Both the position numbers and the translations under genes were made by a program. DNA of 63,399 nt, counting the filler, from Octopus bimaculoides (Eukaryota): NCBI RefSeq assembly GCF_001194135.2. It is 5 parts of 5 records of this genome, joined end to end, with 100 filler letters (N's around TTAATTAATTAA, not from the genome) between each part and the next. Parts side by side here need not be neighbours in the genome. Positions count along the whole stretch, not along the records: positions 1 to 10,270 come from NC_068985.1; positions 10,371 to 28,194 come from NC_068989.1; 3 more parts are not named here. The stretch is one strand, 5' to 3'. Shown piece by piece: positions 1 through 11,735 of this stretch; positions within the stretch are counted from its first letter, which is position 1, and each line of letters begins with the position of its first letter. Below the pieces are notes generated by a model. It was not told the DNA's origin and did not search any database. It worked only from the letters and a program-made list of their open reading frames with translations.

Positions 1-109
1 AGAAGAAGAAGAAGAAGAAGAAGAAGAAGAAGAAGAAGAAGAAGAAGAAGAAGAAGAAGAAGAAGAAGAAGAAGAAGAAGAAGAAGAAGAAGAAGAAGAA
101 GAAGAAGAA
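1..109 (+). repeat. (GAA)n microsatellite
   Basis: Pure GAA run from the window start to about 109. Confidence 0.98.
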
Positions 110-1712
110 ATATAATGGAGTGAATATTGTCAAAGCAGTGATAAGATGGGCTGTGACAGTATTAAGATAAGTTGCGCCTTTTCTAAAACGAGGAAAAATC
201 GAGATACACACGTTAGATAGAAGAAATATGAAACTGTTCACAACACCTAAAAGTAATACTGCCATAATCTACCTACCAAGAAAAGAAAGGGAAGAGATTT
301 GCTAAAGGCAGGCAGTACCATTAAGTACTGCAATATTGGATTTGAAAAAGTATAGTTGAATGGACTGCAGGAAGAATATAATCGGTGTCTAGAAATTTCC
401 CAAAAATTTAATGAACCACATTAAGAAATCAAGAGAAGTAAGACTAATAGAACAAGTAACTAGAAAGTGAACGAATGACATGGCCAATTCATGCAAGAAT
501 CCCAGGAAGCTGGAAGTAGAGAAACGGACGGAAACCCAAAACAAGAAACCGACGCGGTAAGTTTAGACACTCGAGTGGAAGCCAGTAGGAAGGATTTTAT
601 AAAGGTAGGGCTGATAAAACTCAGTCAGAAAGATATTCACAATTTATGGAAAATAAGACGAAAGGATTAACTATCGCGTGAATGCAGTAAACTAGCACAA
701 AAAGAGTATAGGCGCAACCGTGACTGTAGGTGAGAGAGTGCACTGTGAAGGCGTCGAGCTGGCAGAAACGTTAGCACGTTGTCTGTCCTTGTTTGTCCCC
801 TCTATGTTTAGCCCCTTATGGGCAATAACAAATAAGAAACGTTAGCACGCCAGGCGAAATGCTTAGCGGTATTTCGTCTGCCGTTACGTGCTGAGTTCAA
901 ATTCCGCCGAGGTCGACTTTGCCTTTCGTCCTTTCGGGGTCTATAAATTAAGTACCAGGTACGCACTGGGGTCGATGTAATCGACTTAAATCCCTTTGTC
1001 TGTCCTTGTTTGTCCCCTTGAGGGCAATAACGAAATAAGAAACGTTAGCACGCCGGGCAAAATGCTTAGCGCTATTTCGTCTGTCTTTATGTTCTGAGTT
1101 CAATTTCCGCCAAAGTCGACTTTGCCTTTCATATTTTCGGTGTCGATAAATTAAGTACCAGTTGTGTACTGGGTTTTTTTCTAATCGACTGGCCTCCTCC
1201 AACATAAGTTCGGGCATTGTGCCTTGAGTAGAAAAGAAAGGGTGCACTGTGATGATAGCCGAATTTGTGGATACAAAATAAGAGAAACGTGGTACGAAAA
1301 CGATCCAGAGGTTTATAGGACATTCATAAAAACACTAATCAGGATATTGAAGCAAGGAGACTAGATCTGATGATAGAGGACAAAACAAACAGTGTTTGAT
1401 TATAGACTACAATACCATATGATAATGGAGTAGGTGTCAATGCAAATGAAATAACTGAGTAATATTGGTGCCTAATCAGAGGGGTGAAATGATTGTGGAA
1501 GAGTAAGACGACAATAATTCCTGTAGTAGTTTGTCCACAAGGTACAACACTCAAAATTTTACCTTAAAACACTGTAAAGATTTGGGAATTCAAACTGGTA
1601 TTGTCGACCTGAGAAAACCGCAATTTTATACTCTGCTGGTATCCGAGAAATGATGCTTAACTTTACAAACCTCGAAACAAAATGCCTGCTAATTAATAAA
1701 ACATGTAATTGT

Positions 1713-1715
<3 letters not shown>
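110..1715 (+). mobile_element. Decayed R4/Dong-like non-LTR retrotransposon, 3' part (RT C-terminus, Cys motif, REL endonuclease), interrupted by a SINE composite
   Basis: Manual translation with stops and frameshifts gives NGVNIVKAVIRWAVTVLR, LDRRNMKL, IYLPRKE, HGQF, ECSKLAQKEYRRNRD (680-724), EARRLDLMIEDK, LWKSKTTIIPVVV and KTAILYSAGIREMML. These resemble recalled R4/Dong motifs (INTWAVxVIRYS, LYLPRKEGG, ECSKLAQKEYKRRHD, IIPVVVGALG). The element ends at an (AAT)n tract. Confidence 0.8.
749..1241 (+). mobile_element. Composite (nested) SINE-B, tRNA-derived, bounded by an 11-bp target-site duplication
   Basis: GTGCACTGTGA at 738-748 and 1242-1252. Head ggcgtcgagctggcagaaacg with B-box-like GAGTTCAAATT. 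GAAACGTTAGCACG occurs three times (765-778, 836-849, 1039-1052). Confidence 0.9.
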
Positions 1716-1770
<55 letters not shown>

Positions 1771-1837
1771 TGATGATGATGATGATGATGATGATAATGA
1801 TGATGATGATAATAATAATAATAATAATAATAATAAT

Positions 1838-1900
<63 letters not shown>
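1716..1900 (+). repeat. Compound (AAT)n-(GAT)n-(AAT)n microsatellite; probable tail or target of the R4-like element
   Basis: Directly visible, immediately after the LINE 3' end. Confidence 0.95.
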
Positions 1901-1901
1901 T

Positions 1902-2045
1902 ACACCGGGGACGTTTAATATGAGAACGATAAATCACGGCTCCGAAATTTATCCAAAAACATCGGAAATAAAGATATCGCATGGAGCCAAAAATAGCTGA
2001 CAAAGGGTTGGACTATATCCGAGTAATTAATACTCATTGAAATTT
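1902..2045 (+). mobile_element. Short RTE-like AP-endonuclease fragment
   Basis: TPGTFNMRTIN resembles the APE N-terminal GTFNVRTL motif; HGAKNS*QRVGL resembles WKNSxxAxIGGVG. Confidence 0.4.
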
Positions 2046-2119
2046 ATTTCTAATTTTCCAAATATAATGATGTTTTTTAACTGGATATCATCTCCACTAC
2101 TCGCACAGCACACGTAAAC

Positions 2120-3310
2120 ATGCTTGTTACATCAACACCAGTGGACTGACTGTTGAGTAGCTGTCGTGTAGCGGTTGAGCAGAGATCATCCGAAGATGCT
2201 AGATAGCAGTAGCTTGAGACATAACAGTTACTGAATGACAGATCATGTGCAAGTCAGAATTTTATTCACGCGCGCTTTCTTGAACTTTCCCAAATGCAAG
2301 AGTGTCAGGTCAAAATCTACATTGGGATTCAGGACTTATGCTATTTACTACATGCATATTCAAGGGGTCAAAGAGTTTTCCGTTTATGCACAACAAACTT
2401 ATTCCCCTGTGATTACCACATACACTCTTCTTCCCCCTGATTTAGTTCAAGTGTTACAGATGAATCTTTGTTTGGGAAGAAATCCATTTTTCCAAATGAA
2501 ACAGATCAATTTGCGTAGCTTTTTTACAACTTATCTACTCACATGCTTGTACACTTCTATGGAAATACCGTCTTGTCCAGGAGCATTACTACCGAAAAGT
2601 TTCTTTTCATAGCAATACTTATCTCTTCCGAGGAAGGATCTTCCGCGAGTTCCTCGATCATAGATCTGAAGGATTTCATTGGTTACTTTATAATCTGTTA
2701 TGGGTTCTTGATTTTATACCGATTTAAAACGTTCCCATATTTGCTACTTAAAAGTTATAACCCATAAACCGAAAGAATATGTTCCGTATCGCTTATTTTT
2801 GGATCAAATACACCTTTCAGATTATTAGACATGACTCTCAAGTTGTGGGAGTTGAAAATCAGTTCCAATTCTTGGTTTTTTTTTCTGCCTACCAAGAATT
2901 TTTCACCTCACGCTGAAATTTTTTTAAAGTAATTTCCTTAAAGGCTATGTATAAGGATCTGAATGTTGGGCTTTTGTTTGAGATCCATGCCTTGTGATTT
3001 ACGTGTATAATTTTTAGCGGAGGTTTTATTTAATAATCATTCTCATCGAACCAATCTTGGTGCTTGCGTTTGATGAATCTTGGAACTCTTTCGGCAGATG
3101 ATTTAATGTTATCTCGGAGATGACGCCATAAAGCTTCAGGATAACTGATTTCCTTAAATTTTTGAATTTAGATATGTTTCAAAATTTTGTGACATGTCAG
3201 GAACTTTTAAATACGACACATTTATTTTCAGAGACATGAGAGATCTCAATGGCCCCTGTATATGGTTTAAGAAATAACTAATTATGGACCATCCTGTGAT
3301 CTTAGTAACA
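2120..3310 (-). mobile_element. Decayed RTE-clade LINE, reverse transcriptase N-terminal region
   Basis: Minus-strand translation: KRKHQDWFDEND (about 3038-3070), PSSEEISIAMK, APGQDGISIEVYK, CGNHRGISLL, PESQCRF. Multiple stops. Confidence 0.85.
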
Positions 3311-3797
3311 CTCCGGATCTTTGTGAGCTATGGTTAATCTAACATCACTGCAATCTTTCTGCTTAATTATAACATACTCAAGCATACGCTAGTTGTCAGT
3401 TACCAATATGCTTGTAGTTGATTATCTGCCTAATGAAATATTGTGTTTGTAATTGTTAAAAAAAAAAATTGCTGACAAAAAGACAAAACAGTTGGAAATC
3501 ACTTTTATCCTACCTATTCCCTGTTTTCCTATAACATTTGACCAGACTGGGTGTTTGTTACCTATTCTAGCATTAAGATCGCCCATCAATATGGAATTTT
3601 ACTGATAACTATTTGCAATTTCGAGTAGAAAATATTATATTCGTGTTCAGATGCTGATAAAGAATGTGCATATGCACTGATAATGTGCATAAATGAGGGA
3701 TTACATAGGGGAATACGAAAGGTCGTGAGACACGCATCAACAGCTTAAAGGATGGATTGCAACTTATGAAGTAAAGTCATAGGGTTTAAAATTAGCG

Positions 3798-3814
3798 ATA
3801 CTACTACTACCACC

Positions 3815-3860
<46 letters not shown>

Positions 3861-3876
3861 ATAATAATAATAATAA

Positions 3877-3907
<31 letters not shown>

Positions 3908-4207
3908 AAGAAGAAGAAGAAGAAGAAGAAATAGAAGAAGAAGAAGAAGTTAAAGAAGAAGAAGAAAAAGAAGAAGAAGAAGAAAAAGAAGAAGAAGAAA
4001 AAGAAGAAGAAGAAGGAGGAGGAGGAGGAGGAGGAGGAGGAGGAGGTGGATTATGATCACGATGTCGTGATGGTGATAAGGAATATGTCGACGATGCTGG
4101 CAACGACATCGGCGACGACGATGGCGACTACTACTACTACTACTACTACTACGACGCCGCCGCCGACGACGACGACGACGACGACGACGATGATCATAAT
4201 GATGATA
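3798..4207 (+). repeat. Compound trinucleotide microsatellite (CTA/CCA/ATA/AGA/GGA/GAC/GAT)
   Basis: Directly visible. Confidence 0.95.
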
Positions 4208-4229
4208 ATGTTTTCTGTTATCTGCTGCA

Positions 4230-4570
4230 AGAAGCTCTAATGGAAAGCAGATTATAGTGACACTTTACAATCCACACAAAAAAGGAATGAAAGTCATCGG
4301 GATAAATGGGATAAAATTATACAGTGTACAAAATATGTGAATATATGACTGATGCAGTCTTCCAGACACAAGAAAGCCTTGAATTACTACAAATCAAGGA
4401 GCTCCACAGATCCAGGATCATCTGTACCAAAAAGGATACAGACCCTCACTTAATCTAAAAGCATATTCGTCCTGACTCGTTTTGCCACGGACACGCATCT
4501 TTTGAAAACCCTCCTAGAATGGAACTCTTTCTTACTATCCCTCAATCCCTTTTCTAAGAGGAATTAGAAA
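4230..4570 (+). mobile_element. Possible decayed CR1/Jockey-group LINE C-terminal fragment
   Basis: NPHKK resembles W-x-P-H-x-K; RFATDTHLLKTLLEWNSF resembles RTxxxxxSFFPRTIxEWNSL. Weak. Confidence 0.3.
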
Positions 4571-4704
4571 AATATATAAAGGCGTTTGGAAAGCGTCTGC
4601 CCTCAATTCTATGAGCCTCTTTGACTAGAAAGAAAGAACATGTCCTGCTCCACCTCGTTAGAGAAGATGATGAAGATGGCTCCTATGATCGTGTCGCGCT
4701 TTCT

Positions 4705-6640
4705 TTACTTGTCTTTGTATAATACATTTTCACCAATCTCAAGAAATACATAGCGCACATTGTGTAGCTGAGAGGAGAAAATTAACCAGTTGAAACAAAG
4801 GGTTTCTTTCTGTTCGGGACATAGTATAAGCATTTCTTTGGAATCAACTGATTTTCTGCAGCAATAATAAACTATATTTGAAACTATACCCACAATTTCC
4901 CTTCAATACAATTCTTAGACTTGTAGATCTAAAAAGTTTTGAATAGAAACACAGCTGAATATCACTCTAGGCCGACAATCCAAAAACTGATATATAAAAT
5001 CTTTCATGAATAAGTTGTATTCATCTTTGTGTATATATATTTTTTTAATTTTGGCATATTTATTACAGAAGTTAATATAGCAGGCACCGTCTTTTCTTAA
5101 TTAATTAAGAAAATCAAATTTAGTATTGTAAAACGGTAAATTAGTGGATAATTTCTCGACGTATTCATCGAAACATTAGCAAATATTTCAAAGGAATTAT
5201 ATTAAATACTGAATCTACTCAGGAAAATAACTAGTTGCTTCCGCAATTATGGCGATTTAATCTATTCTCTGTCGCAGTTTATTTTGATAAGCCTTATAAT
5301 ATATAATATAAAACTTGAAAACATAATTGAAATGTGGTCCACAGTTCTTCATTTAATAATTTCATTTGTTTTAATAAAACCTCGTTCAATATCACTAAAA
5401 GATATGAAATTTTAGGAGTCTCTATGAAGATTACTTTATAACATAATTTATAAATATTATTAAAAAATTTATAGTTTCTTTATGACTTAAAAAGTCTTAG
5501 TCTCAATGAAATATCTATGTACGCCCCGCCACTTACCCGCTTTGCAGGAAAGCTGTAAAATATCTTTACATGAAACTAAATGCATATTTATCGAGTTTAA
5601 TGAGAAACCTGACCTTCAACAAATTTAAGACGTTCGTTTAATTTAGAATTCATCATAGATGAAATACGTATGATTCCGGTTTCAAACGGTACCTTTGCAG
5701 CAATATTTTCTGGTTTTTTTTCCTATTTCTGTTTTTTTTTCCTATTTCTAACATTCAACTAAATTCAACTGAAAGATTTGTCATATCTTTATTGAAATTT
5801 TAACTTTGCACTGCGTTTTCGTTTTCAATAATTGTTCGTAAAATTTATTAATATTAGCAAAACCCTGAGGCAAATCTTTAATACAATTCGCACCTAATTC
5901 TAATTCTCTAAATCTTTTCTTGGTTTCCAAATGTGGTGATTAAATTCTGTTATCAATTTTTGCTAGATGGCTCGAGATAATATTCTGGACGTCATTAAAT
6001 TTTCACCGTAATCTTCTTTCAGTCGGATGGATACTAAAAACGTTACAATTTCTCTTTGCTCCGATTTCTTTTCTCAGAATTTGTGCTTTTACTTGAAAAC
6101 ATTTATTTTTGCCATTAAATGAAAAATTGTTTGATCACAGTCTTGTAAAAAGATATTTAAATCATTCACTACAAGAACGAAATTCAAAATGATAAGCTAA
6201 TAATTGAAGCATTCACTTGGAATCTGAAAATTTTGAAGATAATGGCTAACTGTAATTGTATTATTATTTTTTATTTTTCATTTTAGTTAAAATTTTTTTA
6301 CTTTTTTTCCGAGGAGAACGATTCACTGCAGAAAATTTTCTGCGAGATAGCCATCTGTTCTCTGAGTAATACAGTAATGATTCCTATTCAAATCCGACTG
6401 AAAAACAAAAATCGCTTAAGTATCTGATGCTGAGATAATTCGACGTTATAAAATTTCAAAGATATGATTCATGGTTAAACTTAATTCCAATGATAAGCAT
6501 TTTGAAACAATGTTTTCACTATATATAAACCACTGTAAACTTTTAATATCAGGATTAATTTCCCTTACGTCTCAGATATAACCCTGGTAAAAGAGAGAAA
6601 GAGAAATTTGGGAAAGTTAGTAATGTTTATATCAACACAG
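4705..6640 (-). pseudogene. Heavily decayed, apparently intronless leucine-rich-repeat gene (TLR/LRR-receptor-like ectodomain)
   Basis: Minus-strand fragments: DINITNFPKFL (LRRNT-like), LSLELSLTMNHIFEIL, TVSHYLQNFQIPSECFNY*LIILNF, RELELGANCIKDLPQGFANINK (about 5850-5910), DMTNLSV..MLEIGK, LHNVRYVFLEIGEN. These repeatedly fit LxxLxLxxNxLxxLPxxxF. Many stops and frameshifts; no TIR domain recognised. Confidence 0.45.
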
Positions 6641-6654
6641 ATCTCTACACGATT

Positions 6655-7412
<758 letters not shown>

Positions 7413-7989
7413 TTTAGTGAATAAAAAGTAGTACAGCAATAATACAAAGGACACAGCAATGTTGCCAACTCAATCCAAAAGAAAAAAAAATAAAAGAAGT
7501 CCCAGAATGCACATGCATTTTTGTAGAATTGCAAAGGCATTCGATGTCTGAATCGACGAAAGGGAAAAATGAAAAAAATAACTGGCATACAATTCATATC
7601 CTTTCAATAAAATCTCCTTTTATAATTGCATAATATTTTCCCTTTACGTGTGTGTGTGTGTATGTGTGTGCGTGTGTGTGTGTTTGTCGGTTTGTGTAAG
7701 TGTGTGTTTTTTTATATATGTGTGTGTATATTTGTATATCAATACAGGGTATTCTAGAAATATATATACATGTTCAATGGCTATTAAGTAAGTGTTTATG
7801 TTTATGTATATATATATATATATATCATTCTATCTATCTATCTATTTATCTGTACATGTGAAGTTATGATATGGTTCCATTTCTTAAACAACAAAAACAC
7901 TCATTCTTTCTTACAATTCGATATAAATAATTATATATGGCTATATGGTACGTCTGACAGCTGTTTCTAGGGGCTCGGAGATCTATCAA

Positions 7990-8400
7990 GACGTTTGTAG
8001 ATATCGTTCAGGTACAAACCTATCTACCACTTCCTCTCTATCTATTTACTTCCTCCTGATTATTCTCGTGCACTTCTACATACTTCAGGACTCTCCCTCT
8101 ACTGCCATCCCACCTTCATTATTTGATTTTCTCTCCAACCCAGTGCATCTAATAATAACTACTGCTAGCTTGATTATCAACTTACTCACCTATCTGACCA
8201 GATCTCTCTATCGTTTCTTCATACCTTAGTAATCTCCCTCTGCCGCCAACGCAACTCCTTTCTTCGAATTCTCCCATAGCAGTCATATTAGCATCTATTA
8301 ACTCGACCCTTTCCCTCACATTAATAATCGCCACCACCTTTCTCACTGTTTCTTAACTTCCCATTGTGTATATGGTCATTATTCCTAAATTTTAACATTT
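7990..8400 (+). mobile_element. Possible decayed Penelope-like element RT fragment
   Basis: RSGTNLSTTSSLSIYF resembles AMGTxxAPxxAxLF; LFDFLSNPVHL resembles FxxxLNxxHP; LSFLHTLVI resembles LPFLDxLV. Confidence 0.35.
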
Positions 8401-8779
8401 ATTTACTAATCAAACAACAACTGACCACCCTTCATATACTACCGATGCTACCTCTCCCATTCATTTCTCAACTGTCTACTTCTACTACTACCTCTCTGAA
8501 TACCTTGATTGTTAAACCCCTTTCATCTTACTGAACTGACTCTCTTGTCTCCTCTCACCCTTCCCTGCCGCAGCACTCCCTACCACTATCTATCTGAGCC
8601 ACCTACTTATTCCCTCCACTAATGCTTACTCTCCACATTTAAATATTCTATCTTTAAACTTATCTGCATCATGATCTGAAATGTAAATCTGAAGACGGAG
8701 GCTCGACTTATCCGATGTTTATCTGCTTCCATTACTAGCTCCATATTTTAGTGAACTACATCTACCAAAGTTAAGTCTG

Positions 8780-9060
8780 TTCACTTGTTTCTAGTGACAG
8801 AAACGATGAAAACCATCATAGAAAACGTCTATAAACACACAGAAATAAAGCCGAAGTAGATGCCAGAATACGTATTAAAAGAAATACTTATAATAGGCAC
8901 ACAGGAAAATGCTTTTATACTGCACACAGTGTAATTTATATAATCAGACAGAAGTAATGCCTGTAGCTCCTCCCACACATGCAGGACTTGCAGCCCTATG
9001 CCTATCCATACTAGAAAACAGAATTATACTAAGACAAACAAGTTATGCACCAGATACGTA
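8780..9060 (+). mobile_element. Decayed Penelope-like element RT fragment
   Basis: YNQTEVMPVAPPTHAGLAALCLSILENRII resembles YxQxxGxAMGSPxSxxLAxLxMxxLExxI, preceded by LKEILIIGTQEN. Confidence 0.5.
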
Positions 9061-9120
9061 GTTGTATTGGATAGACTTAAAGGATTTGAAGCACTGATAG
9101 AAAAGTCTTAGAAAACCAAA

Positions 9121-9170
9121 TACAGTAATCCCTCGACTTTCGCAGGTGTTACATTCCAAGACCTCGCACA
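9121..9170 (+). mobile_element. Tigger/pogo-like MITE terminus (partial)
   Basis: TA followed by CAGTAATCCCTCGACTTTCGCAGGTGTTACATTCCAAGACC resembles recalled pogo/Tigger termini; partner end not found. Confidence 0.45.
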
Positions 9171-9710
9171 GAAATAATAAAAATCTAACATAGATTCAAA
9201 AAAACATTTCACGACAGATATTCTAATAGACCAGTGAACAAAACTAATGAAAAAATACAGACGGAAATACATTCAGCTAGCCCCTTTTCACCGCCCACTC
9301 CAGAGGACGAGTCGTCAGGAATCGCCTCCCTACGAACCTATCAGAATCAGTTATCCTTAAATTTTCCAGATAGATTCCCAAATATCACTAACTGAGAATA
9401 GGTTTATTTTCCTAACATCTCACATTCTACGCGTAGGTTCCTTGAAAGGTTGATCGCCTTGAACAATCAGTTTTCTGATCTTCTCCGTAGTATTCTAATC
9501 GCATGTCAATAGCACCGGAACAGTGGCCACTCGATGCAGAGAAGTAACACCTGGATCTGCAAACCACACGCACTGTCGAGTAACTTTCCTCCAGAAATTC
9601 CATTTTGGCCGGTTGTATTCGCAATCATACATTTTGTGTCGTACATTTTGTGTCGTATTCAAGTGCTGGACGCTCATCTAACGTAATGATATATCAAATG
9701 ATCAGCAATG

Positions 9711-9739
9711 TAAGGGTTCAGGGTTAGGGTTAGGGTTAG
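9711..9739 (+). repeat. Short interstitial telomere-like (TTAGGG) repeat
   Basis: taagggttcagggttagggttagggttag. Confidence 0.8.
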
Positions 9740-10139
9740 AGAATACAACTACCAGAATTACATAAACTATACTTAAGATCTATTCCATGAACAATATGCA
9801 CAAAATCTATTGACAAATGAACATATATAACATATAAAACTCCCGCAAAACAGAATACAAAATACATCACATACGACAATAAACTTAAAATAATAATATT
9901 CTCAAAATGCACCAACACCAATTTTTGAAAATCAGAGTGTGAAGATCTAGAAACGTTGAATAAGAATTTAGGAACACAGTTGTGTTCAAAAGTTATTCCA
10001 CTTTTAGATATTTCGTACGTGTATATCCATTACATATGCAATACATTGCAGACACAACTGCATGGTTGCAAATAGAGCTTCTTGACCTCGTGGCCCTGCC
10101 TACACTTACGCACCTATATAACTATATATATATGTGTGT

Positions 10140-10176
<37 letters not shown>

Positions 10177-10270
10177 CGCGCGCGCGTGTGCATATATGTA
10201 TGTGTGTAAGTGTATATGTATGTATGTACGTATATATGTATATGTGTTTCTATATACATGCGTGTGTATA

Positions 10271-10370
10271 NNNNNNNNNNNNNNNNNNNNNNNNNNNNNN
10301 NNNNNNNNNNNNNNTTAATTAATTAANNNNNNNNNNNNNNNNNNNNNNNNNNNNNNNNNNNNNNNNNNNN
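10271..10370. other. Artificial 100-bp scaffold join
   Basis: 44 N + TTAATTAATTAA + 44 N; identical at four sites. Confidence 0.95.
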
Positions 10371-10406
<36 letters not shown>

Positions 10407-10454
10407 GCAAATATACATGCACACACACGCATACACACATACATATATTGTTTG

Positions 10455-10915
10455 AATGGCGGATGAACGCATGCTCAAATATCTGTTTTATGGTGAGCTT
10501 GCAGATGGAAATCTAAACCTAAAAAAAGGATTAAAGACGGCATAAGGACTACTATGAAGTCGCTTGGAATGGATCCAGAAGACATAGAAACCCTTGCTTC
10601 GGATCGAGCTGGATGGTGAACAAAAGTGTGGAGTAGAGTGAAAGCGTCTGAAGAGGCATGGATAAGACTCAAAAGAGATTTAAGGAAGAATGTTACGATT
10701 AAGAAGGTGAATGACAATGACGTTTTCTTGTGCATAGTTTATGAGAGACCATGCCTTTCTTTCGCTGGGCTCAAATCTCATTTGCGAACCCATGGAAAAC
10801 GAACCTCCACCAACTATTCCGCCTATATGTCTGTGCACACCTTTGAATGCAATGTATGCCAGGTTTGCAAATCTAACGGGGTGCCACAAAGGACATTTTA
10901 AAATCTACAAATATC
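10455..10915 (+). mobile_element. RTE-clade LINE 3' end with C-terminal zinc-finger-like motifs
   Basis: MADERMLKYLFYGELADG, IETLASDRAGW, CIVYERPCLSFAGLKSHLRTH, FECNVCQVCKS. Confidence 0.85.
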
Positions 10916-11034
10916 AGACCTTATCTGCAGTGGATCAAATCGGATATGCAATCTACGTGGGTGTCTTTTCATAACAACGTCTAGTTTAAAAAGCCACATC
11001 AGATGCTATGATGGTTCTAAGGTCTAGGTACAGG

Positions 11035-11585
11035 TGGTGGTCAAACATTGCATGAGGAGTAGACAACTACCATATATATAAGCGACTCGAAACATACACT
11101 GAGTCTATGGGAAAGAATGCTTGAATGAAAGAACTTGCTGAAGATAGTTTGCAAAATTCAGAAGTGGAGATTTCAGCTTTGAAGATGAAGATCGAACAGG
11201 ACGTCCAGTTGAGCTTGATGATAAGCTCCTTAAGGCATTATTTGTAGAAAATCTTGCATTATCAGTTGAAGAATTGGCAATAAAGCTTAGTTCTAACCAT
11301 ACAACTGTTCATTGTCATCTTCAACAACTTGGAAAGGTTCCTAAACTTGGAAAATCGGTGCCTCATGAATCGTTCGAAAGCAACCACAAGTCCCGAGTTG
11401 ACATCTGCTCTTCTCTTCATTCTCACAAACTCATTTCACCCTTTTTGGATAGACATGTGACTGGTGACGAAAGATAGATCTATCGAAATGTTAAATGTCG
11501 TAAACAGTGGCTCGGTAAAAGGGAAAAGGGTCAACCACAACCGAGTAGGGAACATCATGGGAAGAATGTTCTTCTCTCTATCTGA
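11035..11585 (+). mobile_element. Decayed mariner transposase fragment (HTH to first catalytic Asp)
   Basis: FAKFRSGDFSFEDEDRTGRP, LGKSVPHE (WVPHEL equivalent), VTGDER (VTGDEKW equivalent); internal stops. Confidence 0.9.
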
Positions 11586-11593
11586 TGGGATAT

Positions 11594-11644
<51 letters not shown>

Positions 11645-11735
11645 AATCCCTTATATATATATATACATATATATAGAAATCCCTTCATGGAACTGTCACA
11701 TTAAGTTGACATCATAGAACTACTTTATATATATA

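Noticed and set aside
4560-4700. Transib/RAG1-like C-terminus (EELEKYIKAFGKRLPSIL*ASLTRKKEHVLLHLV)
   Set aside because: Only a loose pattern match, with no upstream catalytic motifs, and an overlapping frame fits a LINE tail about as well.
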